From positions 105,689-169,688 of the forward strand of contig JAGOQK010000001.1 in the NCBI GenBank assembly GCA_017991475.1: 64,000 nucleotides of DNA, written 5' to 3'. A program made the translations under genes and the position numbers. Under the pieces are notes generated by a model. The model was not told the origin of the DNA. It was given only the letters and a program-made list of their open reading frames with translations, and made no database searches. Shown here in pieces: positions 39,033-48,171 of this stretch. This DNA comes from Minisyncoccota bacterium (GTDB taxonomy: Bacteria; Patescibacteriota; Minisyncoccia; Phycocordibacterales; PALSA-1337). Within the stretch, counting starts at the first letter, position 1. Each line of letters opens with the position of its first letter.

Positions 39033-39929
39033 CTATTCCCAGGAATCTATGCAGAGAGGGGTGGCGTAGTTTGAATTATTCACCGCGGTGTCGACGCCGA
39101 TCAGCGATATGCAAAATGGCGGAATGAAACCACGAAGCTCCCAGGCTGTTGGAGTCAATGTCACATAGGTATTATCGACAGGGATAGCTGAGATATTTTT
39201 ATTTTGCGTATATACGCCCGTGCCTTGATTGTACTTATAGAACGTATATCTTTGAATTGATTGACCCGGATAGGTGGTAATCGAAGGAGACCAGGTAAAG
39301 GTGGCTGTAGGACCAAACTCCATTGAAAATTCATAACTCAAATTACTTGGAGCACTCACACTTGGGAGCGGAGGTATCACCGCCGCATAACTGTTTGATG
39401 ATCCGTTGTTTCCGCTCGGAACAGTCTGTCGTTCCATCGGAGCATATACCTGATAGGTATCGTCTGAGGCCGTGCACTCTCCCCCGTTGTCACAATAGTA
39501 CTGCACAGCCAGTGGCGCGACATAGGTATATCCTATAGGAAATTCACTCGACGAGGAGACGCATGATCCTTTGCATGGATCATCGGGTATTTTGATGAAC
39601 TCTTCCAAGGCATCTCTGTATGCAATCCAATTGTTATGCTGCAAACTACCGACTTCCGCAGTCGACACCGCGAAGCACGCTGAGGCGGCTTGCTCATCCG
39701 GAGTACTCTCGGAAATCTCATCGCACCCTGTTTGATAAAGCGGAGGGGTTTTCTTGTATGTATCCACATACATCTGCGTCGCCAAGTCTATCTGCTTAAT
39801 CTGCTGAGTACGGACTGCATCACGACCGTTTGCTTGAGCGAGACTTATTTGGACCATAACGACACTGGCGAGCATCGAGACGATGGAGATCACCACGAGC
39901 AGCTCAACGAGAGTGAATGCGCGTTTCAT
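39033..39929 (-). CDS. Large prepilin-type protein (298 aa) with N-terminal cleavage/methylation signal
   Basis: MKRAFTLVELLVVISIVSMLASVV at the N-terminus; long Cys-containing C-terminal domain. Confidence 0.7.
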   Translation of the reverse strand: MKRAFTLVELLVVISIVSMLASVVMVQISLAQANGRDAVRTQQIKQIDLATQMYVDTYKKTPPLYQTGCDEISESTPDEQAASACFAVSTAEVGSLQHNNWIAYRDALEEFIKIPDDPCKGSCVSSSSEFPIGYTYVAPLAVQYYCDNGGECTASDDTYQVYAPMERQTVPSGNNGSSNSYAAVIPPLPSVSAPSNLSYEFSMEFGPTATFTWSPSITTYPGQSIQRYTFYKYNQGTGVYTQNKNISAIPVDNTYVTLTPTAWELRGFIPPFCISLIGVDTAVNNSNYATPLCIDSWE

Positions 39930-40016
39930 GAAGTGATTATATCACTCCACATGAGAATCTGCTGGGGACAACCCGAGATGCGTCATCTCGGAGCAGTCCT
40001 CCGGAAGGACAACCTG

Positions 40017-40090
40017 TCCGCCCTCTTGGATTCGAACCAAGGACCCCAGAGGTATAAGCTCTGTGCTCTAACCAACTGAGCTAAGGGCGG
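40017..40090 (-). tRNA. tRNA-Ile (anticodon UAU)
   Basis: Acceptor CCGCCCT/AGGGCGG, D-arm GCTC-AGTTGGTT-AGAGC, anticodon arm CAGAG-CTTATAC-CTCTG (TAT at positions 34-36), T-arm CTTGG-TTCGAAT-CCAAG, discriminator A. Confidence 0.75.
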
Positions 40091-40146
40091 GTATGCATTC
40101 CTACGACACGCTAATACTAAACAATAAACAGCAATCAGTAAACCCA

Positions 40147-42075
40147 CTAGGCAACCGTCTCCAATTTTTTCTTGAGCGGTATGCCATGTGCTGTAATAAG
40201 AGACTCGTACTCCTCGCGTTCAATAGTCTCCTTCTCGATGAGTCTCTTCGAAACGAGCTCGAATGCGACCTTATGATCGGCAAGTACTTTCTCAGCAATA
40301 CTGCGTGCCTCGGTCATGATGCGCGATACTTCAGCATCTATCTCGGCTGCAACTTTCTCGGAATAATCCCGATCGTTCACACCTGAACCGAACAACACCT
40401 TACCTGACGCACTCTCGAGCGCGACCGGACCAATCTTCTCCGACATGCCATACTGCGTGACCATCGCGCGCGCCAGCGAAGTAGAGACTTGCAAATCATT
40501 GGATGCGCCCGTCGTGAAATCACCGTATATAAGGCGCTCAGCAACATATCCACCAAGAGATACGGCGATGTCATCCAGGAATTCACGGCGTGACTGAAGC
40601 TTGCGATCCTCGAGCGGCAACTTGAGAGTATATCCTGCGGCACGCCCACGTGAGATGATCGATATCTTGTGGACAGGATCAGCGTGAGGCAGTACCGACG
40701 CTACTATTGCATGGCCAGCCTCATGATACGCAGTGATCTCCTTCTCATGAAGACTCAGGATGTGGCTGCGGCGCTCAGGACCGAGCATGACTTTCTCGAT
40801 AGAGCGAATGAGGTCGAATTGGCCTATCTCGGTACGATCTTCACGGGCAGCAAGTATAGCCGCCTCATTCATGAGCGATGCGAGATCAGCTCCAGAAAAT
40901 CCTGGTGTACGCTCCGCGATCACTCCAAGATTGACATCCTCCGCGAGCTTCTTCTTGGCAGCATGTATCTTGAGGATATCCTGACGATCACCGCGGTCTG
41001 GTACATCTATGACCACACGACGATCAAATCTTCCAGGGCGGAGGAGCGCCGGATCGAGCACGTCAGGACGGTTCGTAGCGGCCATAACGATAACTTTCAC
41101 ATTGGGCTCGAAGCCATCCATCTCCACAAGGATCTGGTTCAGCGTCTGCTCCCTCTCGTCATTGCCACCACCCATGCCCGTACCACGAGCACGGCCAACA
41201 GCATCGATCTCATCGACGAAGACGATTGCAGGCGCTGCTTCTTTGGCCATCTTGAAGAGATCACGAACGCGAGACGCTCCGACTCCGACGAACATCTCGA
41301 CGAACTCTGATCCTGATATTGAGAAGAATGTCACTCCAGCCTCCCCTGCCACTGCGCGTGCCAGTAATGTCTTACCAGTTCCCGGGGCACCCATCAGAAG
41401 CACACCCTTAGGTATTTCAGCGCCAATCTCGATGAATTTCTTGGGGTTACGAAGGAAGTCGACGATTTCTGCGAGCTCTTGTTTCGCTTCTTTTGCACCA
41501 GCAACATCCTTGAATGTGATTTTGTTCTTTTTGTCGTCAAATGCAGTGATGCGCGCCTTGGACTGACCGAACGACATCGCCTGCACACCAGCCCCTTTCA
41601 CCTGACGCGAAAGCATCCATATAAAGAAGACGAGGAATAAAATCGGTGCGAGGAATGGGGCGAGTTGACCAAGCCAATATCCTGCGCCACTTGGGTCATT
41701 GATTGCAATAGTTGTCGAAGCAAGTCGTGCCTGCGAAACACCAAACGATGAGAGTGTCTCAACAATGGATGCCCCACTCTCCTTTTGCGAAGATTTGGAT
41801 GTCTTGTCCGCATATTCAGCGACGATACTGTCGCCCCGAACAGTAATAGACGAAACTATGCCCTGTTCAACATCTGCAGCAATAGTCGACAATGGCACGC
41901 TCGGCGACGCGATTGATTGCGCGGAAAATTCCGCATAGATGCCGGCGATGAGCAGGAATGAGAGTACCGCAATAATAACAGTCATCGGGAAACTCATACG
42001 GGGCGGCATAAATCCACGACCTTTCTTGTCTGGCTGACGGCCACCTTGCTGATTTGGTGAAATATTGTCTGGCAT
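40147..42075 (-). CDS. ftsH: ATP-dependent zinc metalloprotease FtsH
   Basis: AAA+ Walker A (GAPGTGKT), second region of homology, zinc-binding HEAGHAIV, N-terminal TM segments. Start trimmed to MPDNISP; about 642 aa. Confidence 0.9.
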   Translation of the reverse strand: MPDNISPNQQGGRQPDKKGRGFMPPRMSFPMTVIIAVLSFLLIAGIYAEFSAQSIASPSVPLSTIAADVEQGIVSSITVRGDSIVAEYADKTSKSSQKESGASIVETLSSFGVSQARLASTTIAINDPSGAGYWLGQLAPFLAPILFLVFFIWMLSRQVKGAGVQAMSFGQSKARITAFDDKKNKITFKDVAGAKEAKQELAEIVDFLRNPKKFIEIGAEIPKGVLLMGAPGTGKTLLARAVAGEAGVTFFSISGSEFVEMFVGVGASRVRDLFKMAKEAAPAIVFVDEIDAVGRARGTGMGGGNDEREQTLNQILVEMDGFEPNVKVIVMAATNRPDVLDPALLRPGRFDRRVVIDVPDRGDRQDILKIHAAKKKLAEDVNLGVIAERTPGFSGADLASLMNEAAILAAREDRTEIGQFDLIRSIEKVMLGPERRSHILSLHEKEITAYHEAGHAIVASVLPHADPVHKISIISRGRAAGYTLKLPLEDRKLQSRREFLDDIAVSLGGYVAERLIYGDFTTGASNDLQVSTSLARAMVTQYGMSEKIGPVALESASGKVLFGSGVNDRDYSEKVAAEIDAEVSRIMTEARSIAEKVLADHKVAFELVSKRLIEKETIEREEYESLITAHGIPLKKKLETVA

Positions 42076-42184
42076 GGGTTGATTATGTAAAGTATGTTGA
42101 TTATACAGAAAAGCGCTGTAAATGGAAGAAAAAAGCGCATCTACAGTTTGTAGATGCGCGTGAAAACAAAGGTACAGCAAGAGA

Positions 42185-42550
42185 TCAGAGGATTGCAATT
42201 TTACAACTTATGACCCGACCAGGGGTCGTCGACAAGAGGTATTTGTAGCGATGGTGTCTGATCGAATACCACCGGGCACGGACAATCTTGAGATATGCCT
42301 TAACAGCGATAGGTTTTCCCTTGTCCATACAACACTGTCCGTTGCAGCGCTGACGAGTGGTGCAGTCGACTCGGTAAAAACCATCAGCATCGGGGCCTCG
42401 ATTCATATAGAGCTCTCGTTCATGCCAGCGCTCAATATTACGACTGAAACAGTGAGTGCACCGTCGATTGAATCGACGGTACCACTGAAATATCATGCGA
42501 AACAGCACGATTACGGCTATCAAGACCAGAATCAAGTATCCATATTCCAT
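42185..42550 (-). CDS. Hypothetical small membrane-anchored Cys-rich protein
   Basis: N-terminal TM helix followed by basic residues, then CTHC...C...C...CC. Strand choice over the overlapping plus-strand ORF is tentative. Confidence 0.3.
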   Translation of the reverse strand: MEYGYLILVLIAVIVLFRMIFQWYRRFNRRCTHCFSRNIERWHERELYMNRGPDADGFYRVDCTTRQRCNGQCCMDKGKPIAVKAYLKIVRARWYSIRHHRYKYLLSTTPGRVISCKIAIL

Positions 42551-42574
42551 AACGCGTCCTTTCGTTGGGGGTTT

Positions 42575-43063
42575 TCAGGCCATCTGCGTAGCGAGCGGCG
42601 CGGTCGGAACAACCTGCTTCGGATTGATAATCCGCATGAGCGCGTTATAGATGATGAGGAACAGATCCTGTGAAATAATCCCTCGGGCAGATTTGGATGC
42701 ACGGAGAAGATTCTCGCGAACTGAGACTTCTTGGTCATACTGGGCGCCGTTGAAAAGTAGATACCCATCGGCACAGCCAACCTTCTGAAGCTCTTCCACC
42801 ACCTCGAAAGCCGCGAACTTGACGCTTGTTTCGCAGACCGCGTAGTTCGGAGGGGTTCGGTACTTGATCTCACCATCGTGGACCAAGCAACAATACAACC
42901 CGTCTTCCGTGTCACCCATAAAAATAATGGGTAGGAACTGTGACTGGTGCTGCCGCTGATTGAGAACGAATGCTTTTACCATATGCTTTTCTCTTTCTTT
43001 TGTTGAGTGTTTCGTTGTTGTGAATGTATCTCTAAAACCGTATTTCCGCATAAAAGTATACAT
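42575..43063 (-). CDS. Hypothetical protein (start is probably the internal MVKAF Met)
   Basis: 162-aa ORF located between ftsH and ssrA. No motif recognised. Confidence 0.45.
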   Translation of the reverse strand: MYTFMRKYGFRDTFTTTKHSTKEREKHMVKAFVLNQRQHQSQFLPIIFMGDTEDGLYCCLVHDGEIKYRTPPNYAVCETSVKFAAFEVVEELQKVGCADGYLLFNGAQYDQEVSVRENLLRASKSARGIISQDLFLIIYNALMRIINPKQVVPTAPLATQMA

Positions 43064-43091
43064 TGTTTGGAATGATAAGTCAAGTAAATAA

Positions 43092-43120
43092 AAAAGACTG
43101 GAGAAGTCCAGTCTTTTTAT
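43092..43120. terminator. Bidirectional intrinsic terminator adjacent to the ssrA 3' end
   Basis: AAGACTGGA-gaa-GTCCAGTCTT stem flanked by A-runs and T-runs. Confidence 0.65.
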
Positions 43121-43126
43121 TTGTTG

Positions 43127-43491
43127 TGGAAGTGCGGGGAATCGAACCCCGGTGCAATCGATATGCGTCTAACGAATCTACGGCGGTAGAATGCCTTGAA
43201 GTTTAACCGATGCGTTAAGAAAGCAGACAAAACGCGCACCAGCGATCTCTTTTATTCGGACAATGAGGTGAGAAGGCTCATCTGTCCTACATTCAGGTTA
43301 TAACACCCGTCCCTCGAGTCAGAATCCCCCGAGGCGAGTGCGTTCCTTATGCAGGAACGAATGCAAAGTCCTTAGCTCCGAAATACGGAGAAACGGTTGA
43401 TTTAGCATTTAGGGTTTCCGTCAGATTTACGAGGTAACGGTGCTCGCGCCGCACGAACGAACATGGTCGACTGTCTATGCCGATCACTCCC
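43127..43491 (-). ncRNA. ssrA: tmRNA (SsrA)
   Basis: 3' tRNA-like end GGGGTTCGATTCCCCGCACTTCC-A. 5' GGGAGTG pairs with the 3' strand and includes a G3-U70 wobble (the Ala identity element). An internal tag-type ORF ends ...GAKDFAFVPA-UAA. Adjacent to smpB. Confidence 0.85.
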
Positions 43492-43574
43492 AAATTTCGG
43501 TTTTGCGAAATTTGTGTCAGAATCTTTTTCGTCATGCAAATGACGGAAAAATTTTGACCAGAATCCCGGATGCT

Positions 43575-44021
43575 TTATCTATCAACGAACTCCCTCCTCA
43601 CATTCCTATCCGTCTCCCTCTTCTTGGTCGTCTCGCGCTTGTCATATTTTTTCTTGCCTCGCACGACACCAATAGAGACTTTGATAAGAGTATTCTTATT
43701 ATACACCTTTATAGGCACTATTGTCAAGCCCCTCCCCGACTCCATATCAGCGAGTTTTCTGATCTCCTCGTTCGTAAGTAGGAGCCTGCGATTGCGACGC
43801 GGTTCATACCCTTCAGGCGTATTATTCTCCTGATACGGAGACACGAGCATATTGACCACATACGCCTCACCGCCGCGCACAACGACATGCGCACCCTCGA
43901 GGGAGCCCTTCTTAGCCTTGATTGACTTGACCTCGAAGCCCTGGAGTTCGATGCCTGCATCGAACGTTTCCACAACCTCGTAGTCGAAGTGAATTTTGCC
44001 GTTGTCTATAAAAGTGACCAT
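43575..44021 (-). CDS. smpB: SsrA-binding protein SmpB
   Basis: 148 aa from MVTFIDNGKIHFDY, with the SmpB core and C-terminal basic tail (GKKKYDKRETTKKRE). Directly upstream of ssrA. Confidence 0.85.
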   Translation of the reverse strand: MVTFIDNGKIHFDYEVVETFDAGIELQGFEVKSIKAKKGSLEGAHVVVRGGEAYVVNMLVSPYQENNTPEGYEPRRNRRLLLTNEEIRKLADMESGRGLTIVPIKVYNKNTLIKVSIGVVRGKKKYDKRETTKKRETDRNVRREFVDR

Positions 44022-44043
44022 GGAAGTATGGTAGCATATCTCC

Positions 44044-45126
44044 ATGACCACACCCACCTCCTGGACCCTATACGCCACCAACGAAGAAGCCTGGACAGCC
44101 ATGCTCGCCGATTGCGCACAAGCGCAGAAGAGTATTTCACTGGAACAGTTCATCTTCGTCAACGACGACCTCGGCAAGAAACTCATCGATATCTGTGCCG
44201 AGAGAGCTGCAGCAGGAGTGAAAGTTCGATTCCTCTGGGACGCTGCAGGGAGCTTTTCATTCTTCGGATCTGATATCGCCCGCGACCTCAAGGAACGCGG
44301 CATTGAACTCGTATTCTGGAAAACACTCATTCCGAGCTACTTCAAGGTGCCGAACTTCCGATCATGGTACCTCCGCAACCATCGCCGCACACTCGTCGTC
44401 GATGAGCATATCGGCTTCACAGGAAGTATCTGTGTAAGTGATCGCATGAAAGGCTGGCGCGATACCAATGCCCGCTTCCAAGGCTCTGTAGTGCGCGAGA
44501 TGAGCAACGCTTTCGACCGCATGTGGGCGCGCGCCACCGAGGGTACACCCGTCCCCAAGCGCGTCCATGTCCGCGATCATGAATTCCGCTATGTTACGAA
44601 TTATCCTGCACCCAAACGCCGTCATGTATATGGCGACTTGATCGAAGCGATTCGCTCTGCGCGCAAATACATATACATCACCACACCCTACTTCGTACCA
44701 ACCCATCGGCTTGCACGAGTCATCAAGCTCGCGGCCCACCGTGGAGTTGATGTGAAGATCATTCTGCCTGAGCGCACCGACCACTACCCCACCCTCGATC
44801 TCGCAGCACGATCATATTTCAAGACTCTTCTCCATTCTGGCGTGAAAATATTCCTCTATGAGGGCACCGTCATTCATAGCAAATCAATCGTCGTCGATGG
44901 CGAATGGTCGACCGTCGGTTCGATGAACCTCGACAGCGCCAGCCTTCTCTACAATTTCGAAGCAAATATCATCACTACCAACGCCAAATTTGCCGAAGAG
45001 TTGTCAGCACATTTCGTCCATGATATGCAGAAGTCACATGAAGTAAGGAGGGACGAGTGGTACAACAAGTTCTATACGGACAAGATACTCTTCTTCGCGA
45101 TCAGATTGATCAGGAAATTTCTCTAG
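44044..45126 (+). CDS. Phospholipase D-family protein (cardiolipin synthase-like; two HKD-type motifs)
   Basis: The second motif is canonical, HSKSIVVDGEWSTVGSMNLD; the first is degenerate HRRTLVVDEH. 360 aa with no TM anchor. Confidence 0.7.
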   Translation: MTTPTSWTLYATNEEAWTAMLADCAQAQKSISLEQFIFVNDDLGKKLIDICAERAAAGVKVRFLWDAAGSFSFFGSDIARDLKERGIELVFWKTLIPSYFKVPNFRSWYLRNHRRTLVVDEHIGFTGSICVSDRMKGWRDTNARFQGSVVREMSNAFDRMWARATEGTPVPKRVHVRDHEFRYVTNYPAPKRRHVYGDLIEAIRSARKYIYITTPYFVPTHRLARVIKLAAHRGVDVKIILPERTDHYPTLDLAARSYFKTLLHSGVKIFLYEGTVIHSKSIVVDGEWSTVGSMNLDSASLLYNFEANIITTNAKFAEELSAHFVHDMQKSHEVRRDEWYNKFYTDKILFFAIRLIRKFL

Positions 45127-45614
45127 CCGAGTGCAAAAATCAAGAAAAGCACCACGAATGTAATCGCCGCGGTCACATTCACGGCCATACCAACAAGTGA
45201 CCCTGCAAAGCCGCCGATGGCTGCTTTCTCAGCCTTTTTTATATCCGCAGTGCGATACCATTCTGCGACGAGAATGCCGAGGAATAAACCTGCGAGACTG
45301 CCGACGACGGGGATAGGAATGACCACTGTACCGACGAGCAATCCCAGGAATCCGTACAGAAGCGACTTGGTGCTCGCACCTCCCCAACGCGCACCGATGA
45401 GACCAGATGAGAGATCGGCGAGCATCGCGAGTGTCATAACGAGCGCAAGGATGCCAAGATTGCCGAGCGTGAGATGCTCGAAGTGATCGAATGCCCCGAA
45501 AATAAGGGCGACGGTGAGCATGTAGAGGAGCCCCGGAAGACCGGGAATGAGTGCCATCAATACCCCAGGAAGAAGTAATACTGCGGTGACTATGGTAAAT
45601 ATGAGATAGGTCAT
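45123..45614 (-). CDS. Hypothetical polytopic membrane protein
   Basis: 163 aa with 4-5 TM helices, Gly/Leu-rich. Confidence 0.5.
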   Translation of the reverse strand: MTYLIFTIVTAVLLLPGVLMALIPGLPGLLYMLTVALIFGAFDHFEHLTLGNLGILALVMTLAMLADLSSGLIGARWGGASTKSLLYGFLGLLVGTVVIPIPVVGSLAGLFLGILVAEWYRTADIKKAEKAAIGGFAGSLVGMAVNVTAAITFVVLFLIFALG

Positions 45615-45683
45615 AAGATACAGTATATCCTATAAAGCAAAAGCCCCGAAATTTCGAGGCTTTTGCAAGACAGAACCGTAATC

Positions 45684-46253
45684 CTATTTCGTCAAACAGA
45701 GATAAACTTCGTGCGCAAAATTACCTGCTGACGCGCTTGAAGTGTTCAATTTATTGCCTGTATGCACAGAACTGTATGTCGCTGAACAACCTGCTCCAGT
45801 TGCAACTCCCCACGGATTGACTATATATGTTTGGGACTGAACTTCTTGATTGATAGACTTCACATATCCACCCACCACCAAGCCTGCAGGGACCGTACTT
45901 GGCGAAGTAACTGTAGCGGGAAGTGCGACCCATGTACCCACCCCATTTGCATCAGAAGTGAGAACCTTGCCTGTAGGAGAGGCTCCATTCAGTATTCCTA
46001 CATCAATAAGCTTGATACCATTTACAACCTCCAAACCGTACGCACCGAGACCGCTGCTGTTGAGCGAGAGTTGGCCGAGCTTGGTCTGCAAAGATGAACC
46101 AACGTGAAGTGGCGCATCACAGCCTGGTTGACCAGATGTACAGTTCGGGGGTGTTGAAGCGGGTGCAGTCCACGCAGCAAGTGCAGAGAGTGCTGTTGCA
46201 CCGAGAACGAATCCAAGAACGACGAGAGTTGATGATATTATTTTTGATTTCAT
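45684..46253 (-). CDS. Secreted hypothetical protein (signal peptide)
   Basis: MKSKIISSTLVVLGFVLGATALSALA signal peptide, then a Cys-containing Ser/Thr/Gly-rich domain. Start trimmed. Confidence 0.55.
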   Translation of the reverse strand: MKSKIISSTLVVLGFVLGATALSALAAWTAPASTPPNCTSGQPGCDAPLHVGSSLQTKLGQLSLNSSGLGAYGLEVVNGIKLIDVGILNGASPTGKVLTSDANGVGTWVALPATVTSPSTVPAGLVVGGYVKSINQEVQSQTYIVNPWGVATGAGCSATYSSVHTGNKLNTSSASAGNFAHEVYLCLTK

Positions 46254-46290
46254 GGTATCTAAATGATTATTTCTAAAAATTGTATAAATG

Positions 46291-46602
46291 TTACTGCGCC
46301 TGAATCTTACGAAGCTGCTCAAGCTGTGCAGTCGTCAGATTTGCAGAAGGTACTGGTTTATTGACGAGAGTTTTCAATTTTGCAGTTTCCTCCGCCGTAA
46401 GGTTCGCAGCAGGAACTGGTTTACCCGTGGACTCATTGAGCGCCGCAGCACGATCTCGCGCCACATTGTCTGTAGAATCAACTGGCTTCAAATAATACGT
46501 CAGTAATACCGCGCCTAGTAATACTCCTGCAGCGACCAGAGCCCAGACAGCTCGACGGTGGTGCGGGTGCGCCATATCTTTTTGTGTTGGAAGATCAATC
46601 AT
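46291..46602 (-). CDS. Small membrane-anchored protein with tandem KPVPxANLT(A/T)xx repeats
   Basis: A TM segment (AVWALVAAGVLLGAVLLTYYL) and two copies of GKPVPAANLTAEETAKL / NKPVPSANLTTAQLEQL. Start trimmed; a Met 27 nt downstream is an alternative. Confidence 0.45.
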   Translation of the reverse strand: MIDLPTQKDMAHPHHRRAVWALVAAGVLLGAVLLTYYLKPVDSTDNVARDRAAALNESTGKPVPAANLTAEETAKLKTLVNKPVPSANLTTAQLEQLRKIQAQ

Positions 46603-46667
46603 AGACCATATTTTACCTTTGATAGAACATAACAACAATAGCTTGTTGTCCCCAACTCGCATGTGCA

Positions 46668-46792
46668 TCCACTTGAAACGCAAGGGGCGAGGCATGGGTA
46701 TTTTTGAGATGGTCATGCAGAACGGCGCACCAAAGTTTCGTGTACAAATACAACATGGCCATCTCAAAAATACCCATGCCTCGCCCCTTGCG
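46668..46792. repeat. Perfect 38-bp inverted repeat (arms 46668-46705 and 46755-46792, 49-nt spacer) immediately upstream of infC
   Basis: gaaacgcaaggggcgaggcatgggtatttttgagatgg ... ccatctcaaaaatacccatgcctcgccccttgcgtttc, read directly. Confidence 0.85.
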
Positions 46793-46838
46793 TTTCTCTT
46801 CCCCGCATGCTATAAATAACCCCTGTAATCCCAATCAA

Positions 46839-47348
46839 TTGGCCATCCGCGTCAAAATAAACCATCAGATTAAAGCGCCCGAGTTGCGCGTCATAACAGC
46901 CGAAGGAGAGAATCTCGGTGTTATAACGCTCACCGTCGCATTGGCAGAGGCTCAAAAGAGGTCCCTCGACCTCATTGAGATCTCCCCCACTGCTACTCCT
47001 CCGGTCGCCAAGATCATGGATTACGGTAAGTATCAGTACGATGAAAAGAAGAAGGAGAAGGCTGCCAAGGCGAAAGTCGTGGTGAGCGAACTCAAGATTG
47101 TCCAGGTCAAAGTAGGCACTGGAGAACATGACCTTGAACTCAAGGCCAAGAAGATCTCTGAGTGGATCGCTGAGGGCAATCGTGTCAAAGTCGACCTCTT
47201 CCTCATCGGACGCTCCAAGTACATGGATATCAACTTCCTCAAGGAGCGTCTCGACCGTGTGATGAAACTCATCACCGTCGAGTACAAGATAGCGCAGGAT
47301 GTCACCAAGGGACCCAAGGGACTCACCATCGTCATCGAGAAGAAATAA
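46839..47348 (+). CDS. infC: Translation initiation factor IF-3 (non-AUG start presumed; exact start uncertain)
   Basis: IF3 N-terminal and C-terminal domains (KINHQIKAPELRVI...; ...KDLFLIGRSKYMD...). The ATG-initiated ORF from 46704 would read through the inverted repeat. An in-frame TTG at 46839 or ATC at 46845 gives the normal IF3 length; AUU/AUC-type starts are known for infC. Confidence 0.6.
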   Translation: MAIRVKINHQIKAPELRVITAEGENLGVITLTVALAEAQKRSLDLIEISPTATPPVAKIMDYGKYQYDEKKKEKAAKAKVVVSELKIVQVKVGTGEHDLELKAKKISEWIAEGNRVKVDLFLIGRSKYMDINFLKERLDRVMKLITVEYKIAQDVTKGPKGLTIVIEKK

Positions 47349-47359
47349 CACTCATTACC

Positions 47360-47548
47360 ATGATAAAAACCAACAAATCATATTTGAAGCGCCTCAAAGT
47401 CACCAAAAATGGCAAGATTTTGGCACGCAAGGCTGGCCAGAACCACTTCAACGCTCGCGAGCGCACTCGCACCAGCATGAGCAAGCGCCGCATGACCGTC
47501 ATCCATATGGATAACAAGGCGAAGAGTCGTTTCTTGGTCAATCAATAA
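47360..47548 (+). CDS. rpmI: 50S ribosomal protein L35
   Basis: 62-aa basic protein (MIKTNKSYLKRLKVTKNGKI...) sitting between infC and rplT. Confidence 0.85.
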   Translation: MIKTNKSYLKRLKVTKNGKILARKAGQNHFNARERTRTSMSKRRMTVIHMDNKAKSRFLVNQ

Positions 47549-47567
47549 TCATTTTTAATCAACTACC

Positions 47568-47912
47568 ATGTCCCGAGTCAAAAAAGCAGTTCACGCCCTC
47601 AAATACCGCCGCACCGTCCTCAAAGCCGCAAAAGGTATGCGCTTTGGTCGTTCCAAGAAGGAGCGCATGGCCATCGACGCTCTCCAGCATGCAGGTGCCT
47701 ATGCCTTCGCACATCGCCGCGACAAGAAGGGCGACATGCGCCGCCTCTTCAATGTGAAGATCAACGCAGGTCTCCGTCCACTCGGTTTCTCATACTCCAA
47801 GTTCATCGGCGCAGCCAAGAAGAAAGGTATCGAGATTGATCGCAAAGCTCTCGCTCACCTCGCAGAATTTAAGCCAGAGACCTTCGCACGCATAGTTGCC
47901 AAGGTTAAATAA
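47568..47912 (+). CDS. rplT: 50S ribosomal protein L20
   Basis: MSRVKKAVHALKYRRTVLKAAKG... typical L20; 114 aa. Confidence 0.9.
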   Translation: MSRVKKAVHALKYRRTVLKAAKGMRFGRSKKERMAIDALQHAGAYAFAHRRDKKGDMRRLFNVKINAGLRPLGFSYSKFIGAAKKKGIEIDRKALAHLAEFKPETFARIVAKVK

Positions 47913-47983
47913 TAGTATTACTATTTAAAAAGATGCCGTAGTACCGTCGAGGGAATCGGTCCAACAGCTTAGAGGCAGCATTG

Positions 47984-48018
47984 GGAGCTTCAGGAACACC
48001 TGAGGCTCTTCTTTTTTA
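47984..48018 (+). terminator. Intrinsic terminator of the infC-rpmI-rplT operon
   Basis: GAGCTTCAGG-aaca-CCTGAGGCTC stem followed by TTCTTTTTT. Confidence 0.7.
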
Positions 48019-48171
48019 TAATTGTACTTAGAATTTACCCGTGCTATGATTTTATCACCATATTATTGGTCAGCTCGTGGATTAAGCGAGCGGTGTCGGG
48101 AACCAGAATCTGGTTCAAGCCTCGAAGAGAGTGACGCCTACCATGGCGAATTCTCCTCTTCGGGGCTCTTT

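Noticed and set aside
42251-42673. Plus-strand 140-aa ORF versus minus-strand 121-aa ORF (42185-42550)
   Set aside because: They are mutually exclusive. The minus-strand frame has an N-terminal TM helix plus a CxxC-containing Cys-rich tail and matches the strand of all neighbouring genes. The plus frame has no features, so the minus strand was chosen with low confidence.
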